Part shown: in pieces, positions 1-11,304 of the stretch
Position numbering within the stretch: the stretch's first letter is position 1
Layout of the letters: each line of letters begins with the position of its first letter
From: Saccostrea echinata
Lineage: Eukaryota
DNA length: 64,000 bases
Reading direction: 5' to 3'
Assembly: GCF_033153115.1 (NCBI RefSeq)
Contig: NW_026889771.1
Coordinates: forward strand, 7,006,001-7,070,000
Made by a program: the position numbers and the translations under genes
Notes under the pieces: model-generated
What the model was told of the DNA's origin: nothing
The model's database searches: none
The model's input: only the letters and a program-made list of their open reading frames with translations

Positions 1-1630
1 AACATTCTTGCTACCCGTTCTTTGTATTAATTGATGGAACCTGCAAGTCAATCATCGCTTCTCCCAGCAGCATGAAGTATGATCTACATATTCGATGTAG
101 TCTTGAGTAACTTCCTCAACGAATGATACAGAACACGTCTTATCCAAAGTAAGGTCTGCTGTGATGGACATTTTAGGAAATTCCCCATATATTAATGATT
201 CTGAAGGTCAAAGATTATATCTTCTGTCTAATCCACGTGGTATCAATGTTTATCAGCAAGAATTATTTCATTTTGAATTGCAAATCACTTCACATTATTT
301 TTTTTTGTATAACAAGAACATTAAGCCATTTGTTAAAGACATTGTAGAAAACAAATTGCCGCAAACTCCTCTTATGTTAAAAATAAACCTATTGACGGTC
401 CTTAGAGTTTCGTTCTTCTTTAAAGAAGTTGGATCCTGTTATCAAAAGTAATAAGATTTTTTTTCAAATAGTTTTTAGAATCTACACACATAGCTTAATT
501 AAAAATCAAAACAAAATATGGGGGTCAATGTGCTTCGTTTGGCACTACAGAGCATTTAATACGACCTTTCTGCACTGTAATTATGTCTAACACATAAATC
601 AAATTTTTCAAAGTTTTTCCTCTAATATTTTTTATCTAAATAAATCATGGGAACAAAAACAGTCTTTTTTCATCTTGAATAGTCAATTAAAATTTTTGGC
701 AATAAAAAAAAGTTTTAAATTACTTCGATAGTCATTCATTTGACTTTTCTGCACTCAAAAACTGTCATTTATCTGGCATAAAATATTTAAAAAGAAAAAA
801 AATCATTTGAAAGTAATGACATTTTTCTGAATTTAAGCAGAATGGTTAAAATTATATTATATATTTAGAAAATAAAATAAAAAAGGGGGTGGGGTCTGTG
901 ATGTTTATTTTTAGATATTACAAAAAAGTGTTAATTTTAGGCTTAAATTGGACTATTTTTTCCCCAGGACTTTCACAATATATTTGCTATATTTGTCAGA
1001 TATGATGATAGAATTCATGACAGTTAATTTAATATATAATTTTGGAACAGCATAAAATATTTCACCTCACTAAATAACTCTTTGTGCAGATTGCATGTAA
1101 AAATAGGAATCCAAACTTAACGATGCTGTAAATACTTTGAAAGAGAAAAATTGTCTTCTAAAAAAATCTTCCGCCACAAAATATAGTTCCTCGCTTAATG
1201 TTTTCGGTATGGAATTTAATCATGGGGTTTTAATTGAATATACCTTAATAAGCATTGTAGAATCCAAATTCATTGTAAGAACTAAAACATTATGTAGAAT
1301 TTTTAAATAGAGATCAAGACAAAAATCTGCTCAAAAGCTGAGGAGCTAACCTCTTTAAAGGAAACAGTTTTTGCTAACACAGTCAAAATTGATACCAGAA
1401 AATGATTACCACTCATTACTTAAATTTTATCAGAATGTTGTATTTTTTCGTCCTGAGGCTGGAATAATTGTAAACAGATTGCTTACATGCCATCAACACA
1501 CTACTGATGTCAATGATGTAAAAATTGACATGAATAATTATCGTATCATTATTGTATCATTGTAAAGAATCCAATGAAGTTTTTTATCTTGGTGAACACG
1601 TCATGAATTACATTGATAAAATTAGAATTT
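1..1630 (+). pseudogene. Decayed paralogous copy of the first half of GPCR coding exon 2 (pre-7TM region), interrupted by a TTAA element
   Basis: 24-170 is near-identical to 11334-11480 (TGTATTAATTGATGGAACCTGCAAGTCAATCATC...). ORFs 161..451 and 1371..1565 align to the 11383 ORF (LLSNPRGINVYQQELFHFE vs LLANPREIKVYQQRLFHFE; SKLIPEND in both). It carries frameshifts and small indels, and homology stops before TM1. Confidence 0.9.
424..1354. mobile_element. Non-autonomous DNA transposon, Kolobok-like (TTAA TSD, AG...CT termini)
   Basis: TTAA at 420-423 and 1355-1358. Imperfect TIRs: AGAAGTTGGATCCT vs reverse complement AGAGGTTAGCTCCT (11/14). Removing it restores colinearity with intact GPCR exon 2. 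Confidence 0.8.
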
Positions 1631-1799
1631 TATCATTGTAATCCATGACAATGATTACAATTGATCATTGTAATGATTCAATTACAATCAAATGTAATTT
1701 TATTGTAATTTAATTAACAATTATATTAATTTTAATATGATACTACAGTATCACAGTCTGTTATGTTGAGTTCTTTATTTACGGTCCCTCGTGTTTTGA

Positions 1800-2280
1800 A
1801 TCATTATGCCATTTTACCATCATCAACATAGGTCTTTAAAAATATTTCAGAATGAAGAGGCTGATCAGATGAGAATAGGTTATTTTTGTTCGAAAATCGT
1901 CATTTGCAGGATTGTTGTAATAAAAAAAAAACCCTGATGAATATTTGCTATACAATTTGAACATTTTGCATGCAACTTATTATTTTATTGTGGACAGACA
2001 TTATTTCAGAATGTCTTCTTTAAAGATTTACAGCTATTAAACATTCTATTGTCTGTTTGTTGAAAATGGTTTGTTGATTTAAATTAAAGGTACCTGTATG
2101 TAAAATAAACATTTCAAATATCAATCTAGATATTAACAAAAAATGCTTTAGTAGGTATTCAAAGATTTTTAAAATTTTCAACAACAGTTTAGTTAGCATT
2201 ACAATCATATATTTTTATCAACATGTTTTTGCTTTGTATATTCTATTGCATTCGTAATATTGTAATGATTTGAAAGATTA
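1800..2280 (+). pseudogene. Highly decayed GPCR TM5-ICL3-TM6 remnant plus shared downstream flank
   Basis: ACCATCATCAACATAGGTCTT...GATCAGA...GGTTATTTTTG resembles 12598-12670. The following ~350 bp resembles 13560-13760 and 15965-16205. Confidence 0.6.
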
Positions 2281-2892
2281 AAATAAATAGATTAAATGAT
2301 TGTTCAATTGATTGTATGTTTCTTAAAGTTCCATATGAGAATGTTTTACATTCTAATTTTTATTTTACATTATGTTTACTAGATATCCAATAATTGCTTT
2401 TATCATTAAATTTATTTTTCAATTTGACAAATAATAATTAATAGCATTTGTGTAGTAAACTAGTGATTAAGGAGAGTTGTGTGTTTTTCAATTAATCTAT
2501 GGTTTCTTCGCGAATTTGGTCGCGAAATTGCCGCAAATATTAGTAATATTAGTAGTCACAGTTAAATTTGAAATGATGGAGAACCTTGTTAAAAGTACTA
2601 TATCTCATAAAATTACAGACCGGAAAAAGTCTATGAATATGGAGAAAAATAAATTTCTTATTTTACGCATGCTGAACAAATTGAATTAGTATCCATGGTT
2701 TCAAGTTCCAAGAAGTGGTATGTCGGTAGACCAAGGATTTTGATACAATCTGCGAAATAGATAATTAGAACATATTCCTAAAGGCTCAGTCACACCTTAC
2801 AGGATAGCGTTAACGGACGACAAACGGATGAGAAAGGATGGCAGAACGATACATTGATGAAAGTCATCCTTGCCACTTTTAGAGGCTCTTGC

Positions 2893-3347
2893 AAACAAAC
2901 ATTCTGAGAGTTTTGCATAAGCAATACTAGTCTCCTACCAGCAAGTGTATTCTGGTTCCCCTTGAAAATTAAAATGGCCATAATTCTTTTTTAAAAATTG
3001 TTAAAGTGGAACTTGATCTATAATTTATTAAGGTAGATTCACATAACAAAAATCAGCTCAATATCTGCAAGACTTAAGAAAAAATGCGAAAACACCAATT
3101 GGGAAATCTGGTTCCCCTTAAAGATTTAAAAATGCAATAATTCTGTCAAAAATCATCGAAGCGATCTGTAACTCATCAAGGTTTACTGACATACTAAATG
3201 TCAGCTTAATATCTGCAAGCGTTTACAAAAAAAGCGGAAAACTAAGTAGGACAGACCGACAGACAGATGGAGGGACAGACAGACAAACAGAAGGACAGAC
3301 AAGAAGGAAACCTTTAGTCCCCTCCAGTTTCACCGGTAGGAGACTTT
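2893..3347 (+). mobile_element. Helentron-associated (HINE/CvA-like) non-autonomous element
   Basis: Sub-terminal inverted repeat AGTCTCCTACC / GGTAGGAGACT, two internal ~150-bp repeats (TCTGGTTCCCCTT...ATATCTGCAAG), a (GACA)n tract and a terminal hairpin. Confidence 0.65.
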
Positions 3348-3769
3348 TAACACATGGAGCGCATAAAATGGATAAAAACGGTACGATTAACATGCAGATA
3401 TGTACCGAACAAACAACAGTCAACTAATAGACCGTTTCAGCGACGAATGAGTATCGCGTAAACGATGCGCAGCGCATGAGAAGCTGACAAAACGGTTTTC
3501 GAACATTAGACTTACGGTCCTGCTGTCGGTGTCCCGTTTAACCGTTTCTCGACTGTAAATTGCCCAGTTATTATTCATGCCAAACAAACATCAAGCAGAA
3601 TGGTCAAGTACAGAAGAAGAGCATAAGTTCCGTACAAAACACATTTCTACCGTGCATAGTCTAGCGGTGTCCGTAGGGAGGGAGAGAATAGGATAGGTCT
3701 CATTTAAGGATGAATTTTATATCATATAAAAGTTTTTTTAAAAATATTTTCTAAGATCTTATTAATGAA

Positions 3770-4700
3770 ATATGTGAAGATAACGAACAGTATTCGAGCT
3801 CAAAAGTCCATTAAACATTACGAAATGGGAGCAGAGCAAACACGGACCTCTAAGACATCAGAGGTGGGATCAGGTGCCATGGAAGAGTGAGCATCCCCTG
3901 CCGACCGGTCACAACCGCCGTGTGCTCCTTGTCATGATCGGGAAATAACGGAAAAATCCGTCGACAATTCAGTGTGTAAATAATGGCATAACAATTAGTA
4001 TGAAAAAAGTCAGTCAGCATTTGACTTAATGATAGATTTATTTGCTGACAAGGTCATTGTATCGACCATAGAACTTACGAAATGATGACTTTAAACGAGA
4101 CTGCTGATATTCTTGTTTCATCAACTTGTTTGTCAATAACTTACCATGTTTTAGAAATTGTTCATACGTAGAGCATGCTCTGGCGTATCGAATCAACTAA
4201 GAGATATAAACTCCGTATCCAGGTGATAAGGGTATATTGCTGCATAAGTAAGGGAAGTTGACGATTGAAAAGTTAAAGTCACCACGTTTATCATAAAGCT
4301 TTGTTGTTAGATTACCATTAACGTATTTTTCTAATAAAATATCCAAATATGAAACAGATGTGTCAGACTCTGTGGTATCTTTTATCTCAAGCTCAGCGGG
4401 ATATATCGTGTCGACATAAGAATGGAAATAACCATTGTTAATTGACAATACGTCGTTGATATATCTAAATGTCGAGTTGAAGGCCACAGCAAGTGTTTTC
4501 TTCTTTTCTCGTAAAAGATTTTGAACAAATTAAGCTTCATATGAATATAAAAATAGGTCTGCTAATAACGGGGCGCAATTGGTACCCATGGGAATTCCAA
4601 TAGATTATTGGAATATCTGGTCTCCAAAAACCACATAGATATTGTCAATCAGAAACTCAAGCATCTTTTTGATGTCAACTTCAGAGTACTTGTATGTACA
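3770..4700 (-). mobile_element. 5'-truncated Penelope-like retroelement (Naiad-like RT C-terminal half plus 3' end)
   Basis: Minus-strand translation gives MLEFLIDNIYVVFG..GIPMGTNCAPLLADLF..FRYINDVLSINN..SYLDIL..LYDKRGDFNFSIVNFP..SNIPLSPGYGVYIS, with in-frame stops. A GC-rich 3' motif lies at 3840-3930. Confidence 0.85.
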
Positions 4701-5087
4701 AGGGGGGGGGGGGTTCATATGCATGCAATACATGAATATCATGCACAAATATACATTTAATCAAAATTAAATGCAAGCTATTGAACAAATACTTCATATG
4801 AAGTACAACATACGTCAAAAAATCAATTTGGATGAAACCTGATTTTCATTTTTTCGCATGGCTTTTAAACCTTTTCATTTCGATAAGGATGCTGTTTGTT
4901 ATCATCACCTTTTTCATTTTATTGCACTCAGAAGTCTTATAGAGGGTTAGGTTCCTTGACTTGACTCATGACATATCTATAGCTGTAACTTAATTGTAAG
5001 TACTTACATGTATTTAATATAATATATTAATATTTGCTGTGTTTTTCATCCTAACAAACTATGAAATTGATTTGAATGCCATTTTTG

Positions 5088-6311
5088 TGTATACTCACAC
5101 GTGGAAATATACATGGAGAAACTCGAGCTAAAGAGACGTCACAATGAGGCTACAAAGAGTTAATAAGAATATTAATAACGATATAGGGCAGCGAGAAATT
5201 CAAATATTGAGTATTTTTGGTGCTTTCAAACATGTAGATTGTAAATATAAGGAATGTTTTTAAGTTTATTGTGAATTATTGGTGCTAGCGCGATTCATGA
5301 AATAGGCCTACGTTACAAGTCGAACTCAAATGTGACTCGTTAGAAATGTTAATTATACCATTTAAGAGTTTAACTTGATGTGGTATAATCTCAAATCTAA
5401 GCAGTTTTAATGCTTGAATCGTGAATATGCAGCTAATGACATGCAGTTTTCAATACCACTTCATCTTTACGGCTTTAACTGTTTTGTTCACAGTTCATTC
5501 ACCTTTATGTTTTTCCCCTTTTTTATTTGTTAATTTATTTTTGTTTTGTTATGTTTGTTTTTCTTTAAATCTTACTTCTAACTTGAAAAACATTCCATTA
5601 TTGTTAGCAAAACCAAGTCTAAATATTCCTCTTGTCTATAAAGCTTATCATCCTTTAATTTAGGAGATCCTCTTACTTATCGCTTTCTCATTTCATATAT
5701 TGTTGCTGTGGACAATAAAATGATTCAAGTCATTATTTGGCATATCATGTTTCTGAAGCCAAATTTAGGCAGACAGTTGCTGGCACAATATGTCCGAAAA
5801 AGGATAAAAGTTGGGGATTTTGCTGCTGCTGTTGAAGATTTAGTTTATTAAAACTAAGATGGAATGGAAACAAAATGGAAATGAATGTAGTTTTTTCAAG
5901 AAACTCAGTAAGAGAATGCAGGATTTTGATGACATATTCAAGAATAAAATTTAGAAAAAAAGAGATAATTTTGATATGATCGAAACAAACGAAGCAAAAT
6001 GCGAAAAGATAAGATATTAAGTGTCCTGTATACTCACGCGTGGAAATATACACGGAGAAACTCGAGCTAAAGAGACGTCACAATGAGGCTACAAAGAGTT
6101 AATAAAAATATAACGATATAGGGCAGCGAGAAATTCAAATATTGAGTATATTTTTGGTGCTTTTAAACATATAAAATGTAAATATAAGGAATGTTTTTAA
6201 GTAAAGTGTGAATTATTGGTGTGTAAATCATACAGACATGCACGTAAGCACGTAAGCAAATCTTTCATGAAGTGCTAGCGCGCTTCGTGAAATAGGGCTA
6301 GGTGACAAGTC
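5088..6311 (+). repeat. Direct duplication (5088-5321 and 6027-6311) upstream of the GPCR gene
   Basis: Both copies share TGTATACTCAC..GGAGAAACTCGAGCTAAAGAGACGTCACAATGAGGCTACAAAGAGTTAATAA... with high identity. Confidence 0.9.
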
Positions 6312-6329
6312 TGTGTGATTTACACACCA
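6217..6329. mobile_element. Short palindromic (foldback) element
   Basis: Arms TGGTGTGTAAATCATACAGAC / GTCTGTGTGATTTACACACCA with an inner palindrome TTTCATGAAGTGCTAGCGCGCTTCGTGAAA. Confidence 0.7.
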
Positions 6330-6645
6330 TATTCACACAAAACTAAAAAAGAATCATCTGTTATGTCACTTAAAAAATTAGGAAGACAGAGAGAGAAAAA
6401 GAGAGACCTATTACACTTATCTATGGTAGAAACTACGAGGCGAACATCCCCTCCTGAGAAAGTTGTTCAATCCGATTAGAAAATATATTTAAGCATTATA
6501 ATTTAAGTATTACGAAATATAAATCCATACATTATCTCTTTTCCGTGCTATTTAATAATTCTTTGAAAGATTACAAAAGCTGAAAAATTCAAATTCCTGA
6601 GCATTCATATGACTATCTTGATTGAAACCTTAGCTTCATTAGACG

Positions 6646-6850
6646 GTAAGTTTTTTCACATAGTGTCTAATCGGAGGTATACTTAGATTAATTTAATTAG
6701 GTTTTGAATGTATCTGATCCTTTTAAAAATGATTTTCAGATTTGAAAGTAGTGCTAACTTTGGTCAAATCTAGTTGGTAGTTTAAATTTGTAAACTTTGT
6801 TTCTATGAATTCAAAAGGTTTATTGACATTACAATCTTCCTGACTTTCAG
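6646..6850 (+). other. Putative 5'-UTR intron of the GPCR gene
   Basis: Donor ACG|GTAAGT at 6646 and pyrimidine-rich acceptor CTTCCTGACTTTCAG| ending at 6850, 37 nt before the ATG at 6888. Confidence 0.5.
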
Positions 6851-6887
6851 ATTATTCAAAGACATTATTCTGAGTAAAGAGGACATT

Positions 6888-9098
6888 ATGTATCCATTGA
6901 TTTCAAAACTGATTTTTATGTTTTTACTTCCTATTATTTGCACATCTTCAAAGTTAAATCTTACAAGACTCATGGGTATATACATTAATGCTTGTGGAGA
7001 ACACGGTGTTTGTAAAGACTGGCCGGGATTGACAGGATACCAGAGGAATTCAATACAGTCACGGTGCCCACCGTGTTCTTGTGAGGATAACTGTGTTCGT
7101 GAGAAAACATGTTGTCCTGACAAATTTTTCAAAGGAAAATTGACACGATTCCATGATGCAGTTTTTCAACGCTCGCCCTTTAGTAAAACATATTCAGTAC
7201 TCCCAAAATATCATGTTGTTGATTCTTGTCCTGAGTTTGCAGAAAAGCCTGATAGATGCCAAAACCCCTCTAACCATTTTAAAGACAGAATTTTTGTTAC
7301 CTCGCTTACGAGTAATTATACATACTACAACATCCATTGTGCTTTATGTAACGACGAAAAGGAATCAGACACTGTGGAGTGGGACATATCTATTGACCTG
7401 AATGCCAATTTCATCAATTTCATAGAAACTCATGAAGAGATGCAAAAAATGATAAAAGAATGGAACAGTTTTGTTATATTTTTTCCTTCACCGAGACTTA
7501 AAGACATTGTTTTCCCTACCTATTTAGAAGATAATCAATATTTTACGGAACCTTGTCATAATGACGAGGATCTACAGAAAGCATGTTCTTCTTCCTATGT
7601 GAATAAGATTAGACTTTATAAAAACGTGTTTTGTTACTTGTGCAAACTGAAAAACATTAGAAGATTTCAGCAATCTATCAATACTTGTCCCAAATCCGTT
7701 ACAAACAAAATTCAAAAATTGTGTAAAGATAATCCTGTGTCAGATATGACATATCCATATCGAAATTTTTATTGTTTTCTTTGCAATATTCCGTCAGTAA
7801 ATGATATCGGAAATCATCACGAAAACTCATCAGATCACTCAACGAAATATGTTTTTCTTGATTTTTCCAGTAATGTATACGAAACTGTTAAAGATCGGGG
7901 TTTGACTTTAAGTGGACGACGTTTAATTTTCTACAACAATGTGTTGAAAGATTTATCAATTATCAACAAGATCTTTAATTCAGAAACAATGACGGACCAA
8001 ATAATCAATCCTGCGTACCCATCTAGATATAAAACAGATCAGTTGAAACCTTTTCTATTTCAAATGGCTTCTGTCTATCCACATCGCATCTGTAACCAAG
8101 ATATCTTGCCAAATATCTTACAAAACACCACCATTAGAAACTGCGATTGTTCCTTTTCATGTTTGTTCAAAAGTCCATGTAGCTGTTGTTTAGATACAGC
8201 GTTAAAACATCCTACTGAGTGCGTCAGTAACGCAAGGGCGATCTTTTCCAAAGAAAAGCCTGTGTCCAAATATAATGAAGTATTAAAATTACAAGTTGTG
8301 AATGTTTGTTATGAAGAGAGAATAAATATAGAGAACAATGTCTTACACCAAAAGATTAAGCAACTTTGTGAGGGAGAATTGAATGACTTTGACTTTCCTG
8401 TATTATCAAACAAAGTTACATTCAGAAACATATTTTGTTTCCTTTGCAACACTAATTATACGTTTGAAAACGATTCTCTTTCTTCAGATCCATATACAAT
8501 TTTGGATATCAACATTATTTGTGATAGTATATTACAGTTTGATTTTTTCTTATACTTTAGCCAAGTTCTTGCGCATGCCTTCAAGAACAAATGTGATATT
8601 GTATACAATGTCAATGATGTAGTCTTATGTCATCTAGATAAAGTGAAGATTATAGAAACTAAAAATGAATGCACAACTACAGACAAACGATTTTGCGTTG
8701 GTCAGGATAAAAATTTGGCGTATGAAAATAAAAATCAACAGTTTTTCCTCTCTGCAAGCAGATATAAAAATAAATATTGCCAGCTGTGCAATTTGTCTTA
8801 TACCTTGAAAGCATTTGACAAAATACTTTTCTGTAAGGAATCTAATATCCAGCACGTTATGTACAGGAATGCATGTTTATCATTGCCAAATGAAAAATAC
8901 GATGATTTTCTTCATCCTTATAGAAACATATTTTGTTCTTATTGTATGGAAGAATATAATGAATCATATCAATTTCTCGCTTCGAAAGACTGCAAACCTG
9001 TCTTAGGAACTAATCCACCACCGAAAGACCACTTGATGAGAGATTTATTTGTTCCGGTGATGACGCTGAAAGCTTCTAGATTTCAAGTTAGGTTAAAG
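6888..9098 (+). CDS. Class B (Methuselah-like/adhesion-like) GPCR, coding exon 1: signal peptide and Cys-rich ectodomain (737 codons)
   Basis: 746-aa ORF with a hydrophobic N-terminus, somatomedin-B-like CSCEDNC..CCPD and CDCSFSC..CCLD, and six (Y/F)xNxxCxxC motifs. Phase-0 donor AAG|GTAAGT at 9099. Confidence 0.88.
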
Positions 9099-10949
9099 GT
9101 AAGTATTAAACCAGGCAATAAGCTTTAAATCATTACATTTTTTGATGTTTTGGAGAGTGCTGGATACATTAAGCCCTATAATCGGCCCTGTAAAATCAGC
9201 ACACGATTTCATTACTATTATCTGTTGATTATCGGGGGTTTCATCTCTGTGTAGGTAAGTTAGTAACTATTATTTTCCAATAACGTTCACCTTTTGTTTG
9301 TACAATTCAAATTCAATCGATTTTTTCTGATTTTGTTTTCAACAAAGCCGAGTCTAAATAGGTATATATGTGAAACTTCGCGGAAAGAACAATAGAACTA
9401 GATTTTCTTATTTAAAAGTGGGAAATAACACAACGAATGTGCAGCGCAGATATTTCCTCAAATTTTAATAAAAATTAACTTGTGGTCGGAAATGCTAAAT
9501 TTTTTGGATAGACTTTATATCTTCTCCACAACTGTAGACATTTTCTATATGAAAGTTTTAATTGTTTAAATTAAATTTTACAACTGAAATGTCACAAATA
9601 CCGATCCTGCTGATATTTTAAAAGCTAACCACTTCTATAATTTTTAATTATTATGATTTTTAGTTTTTTAATTATTGACAGCTCTTTATTATTATAATTT
9701 TTTTTTGGAAATCACATGCTTGAATTTTCAATTACAAACGTACTCAGTACGTAAATAGTGATTGTTCAGCCACTCAATTAACATTTTTATACCTTTAAAA
9801 ATTGATTCCTATATAAATCTGTACTAAAAAAGTCTAACATTTCCAATGTTTTACTGAGCGGTCATAAAAAAAATCGATGTTTGACCGCAGAGTGAGATAT
9901 TGGATCTTTATTGAGACAATAAAATTTGACACGTTTGACCTCTTTGACAATGACCTTTCCTGAATGACTTTTTTCATGGTCATTACATATCCTTTGATCG
10001 TAATCAACCCAGTAGACAAGAATGATCTTAAGTTACTTCATAATTTCATAATGAAATTATGTTGATGACAAAAATTCTACGATGCACATCTAGTGACCTT
10101 GATCTTGTTTAGATGACCATGATTGCAACAGAGTTGTACATTCTGGTCTCAAGCAACCTTTGTGCTTAGTAAAATCTTCTTATGTTTATATCCACTTTAA
10201 ATTTATGGCCAAGGCAAACATTTTATATTTCTAAAACTGATGCCCATAGCCTTGTCCAAATTACCCTTGGTTAGAGTCAAGACATAGTTTCAAATTACGA
10301 ACAACCTTTGTTTCAAGTATAAGCTCGTTATGTTTCTCAAGTTCAAAGTTCTGGTTAAAACAATAATTCAATACCTTTGTACACTTTGATCTTCATCTTG
10401 TCCAAAATAAGTCCATAAAATTGATAAAACACCTGTAAAATGAAAAAAAAGCCCCAATCATTATGAAAAAATAAGCTGCACATCATTAAAATGTGTAATT
10501 GAAAAGTCTTTTGGATCATGTCCGCACGAAATTATGTCTACAAGCAGACGGATTTGATGATTCTATGATTCCCCCTCAATTTTGTTTGCGGGAGTATATT
10601 TAAATAATAACGAAGTATTCGGTGTTTGTTCATTGCATTTTGTTTGTTTGGTTGTGTTTGTTTGTTTTTATGGTTATGTTTTGTGTTTCATTGATCTTTT
10701 TTAAGTATAGGCTGAAAAAACATAGTTGCAAATTTAATAAGAAGAAGGACATTTCAATAAAGGGTGTATTTTATTATGATAGTCCAAAGTTAAAAGTATT
10801 TTGAGGAGCAGCCTAGGCCTTTACCACGGGAAAAGTTATTACCCTAGTAACTTTGATGGGATGAAATTTTGGTGTTTTATGGTACTGGGAGTCCCACGAA
10901 TTCATGTCTATAAAACGTTGAAATTTCACACTACAGTATCATCAATAAC

Positions 10950-11140
10950 TCTACATGCTCTGGGTACGATCATTTCCTTAACTGAGGCAGGCTACTGACA
11001 GATAAGTTGATGTTACAGATATTTCAACAACCTCGCTTAAAATCCGGATTTAGTAAAATTCATGGTCGTTATAATGAATTTGTTAGCAAATATAACATAT
11101 CATTGGGTCATATTTTGACTGGCAGATTTCAAACCAATAA
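10950..11140 (+). mobile_element. Penelope-like RT thumb fragment in the GPCR intron
   Basis: Translates to CSGYDHFLN*GRLLTDKLMLQIFQQPRLKSGFSKIHGRYNEFVSKYNISLGHIL, homologous to the minus strand of about 4000-4190. Confidence 0.7.
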
Positions 11141-11304
11141 AATCATTTATAATTTTAATGCTTACGATTTTGGAAGACGCATGTACCTTCTTGCATTTGC
11201 AACGGGATATATGAATATTTGCTATTAACCACCTTCTTTTGTCTGTCTGAATACAGTAATTAACACTTCACATACTAACCAATTACATTTTTAAATTTTT
11301 GTAG

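Noticed and set aside
4197-11000. Selenocysteine read-through in the Penelope-like RT fragments
   Set aside because: In-frame stops in the main fragment are TAA/TAG. The one TGA near 10983 is simply explained as CGA-to-TGA decay.
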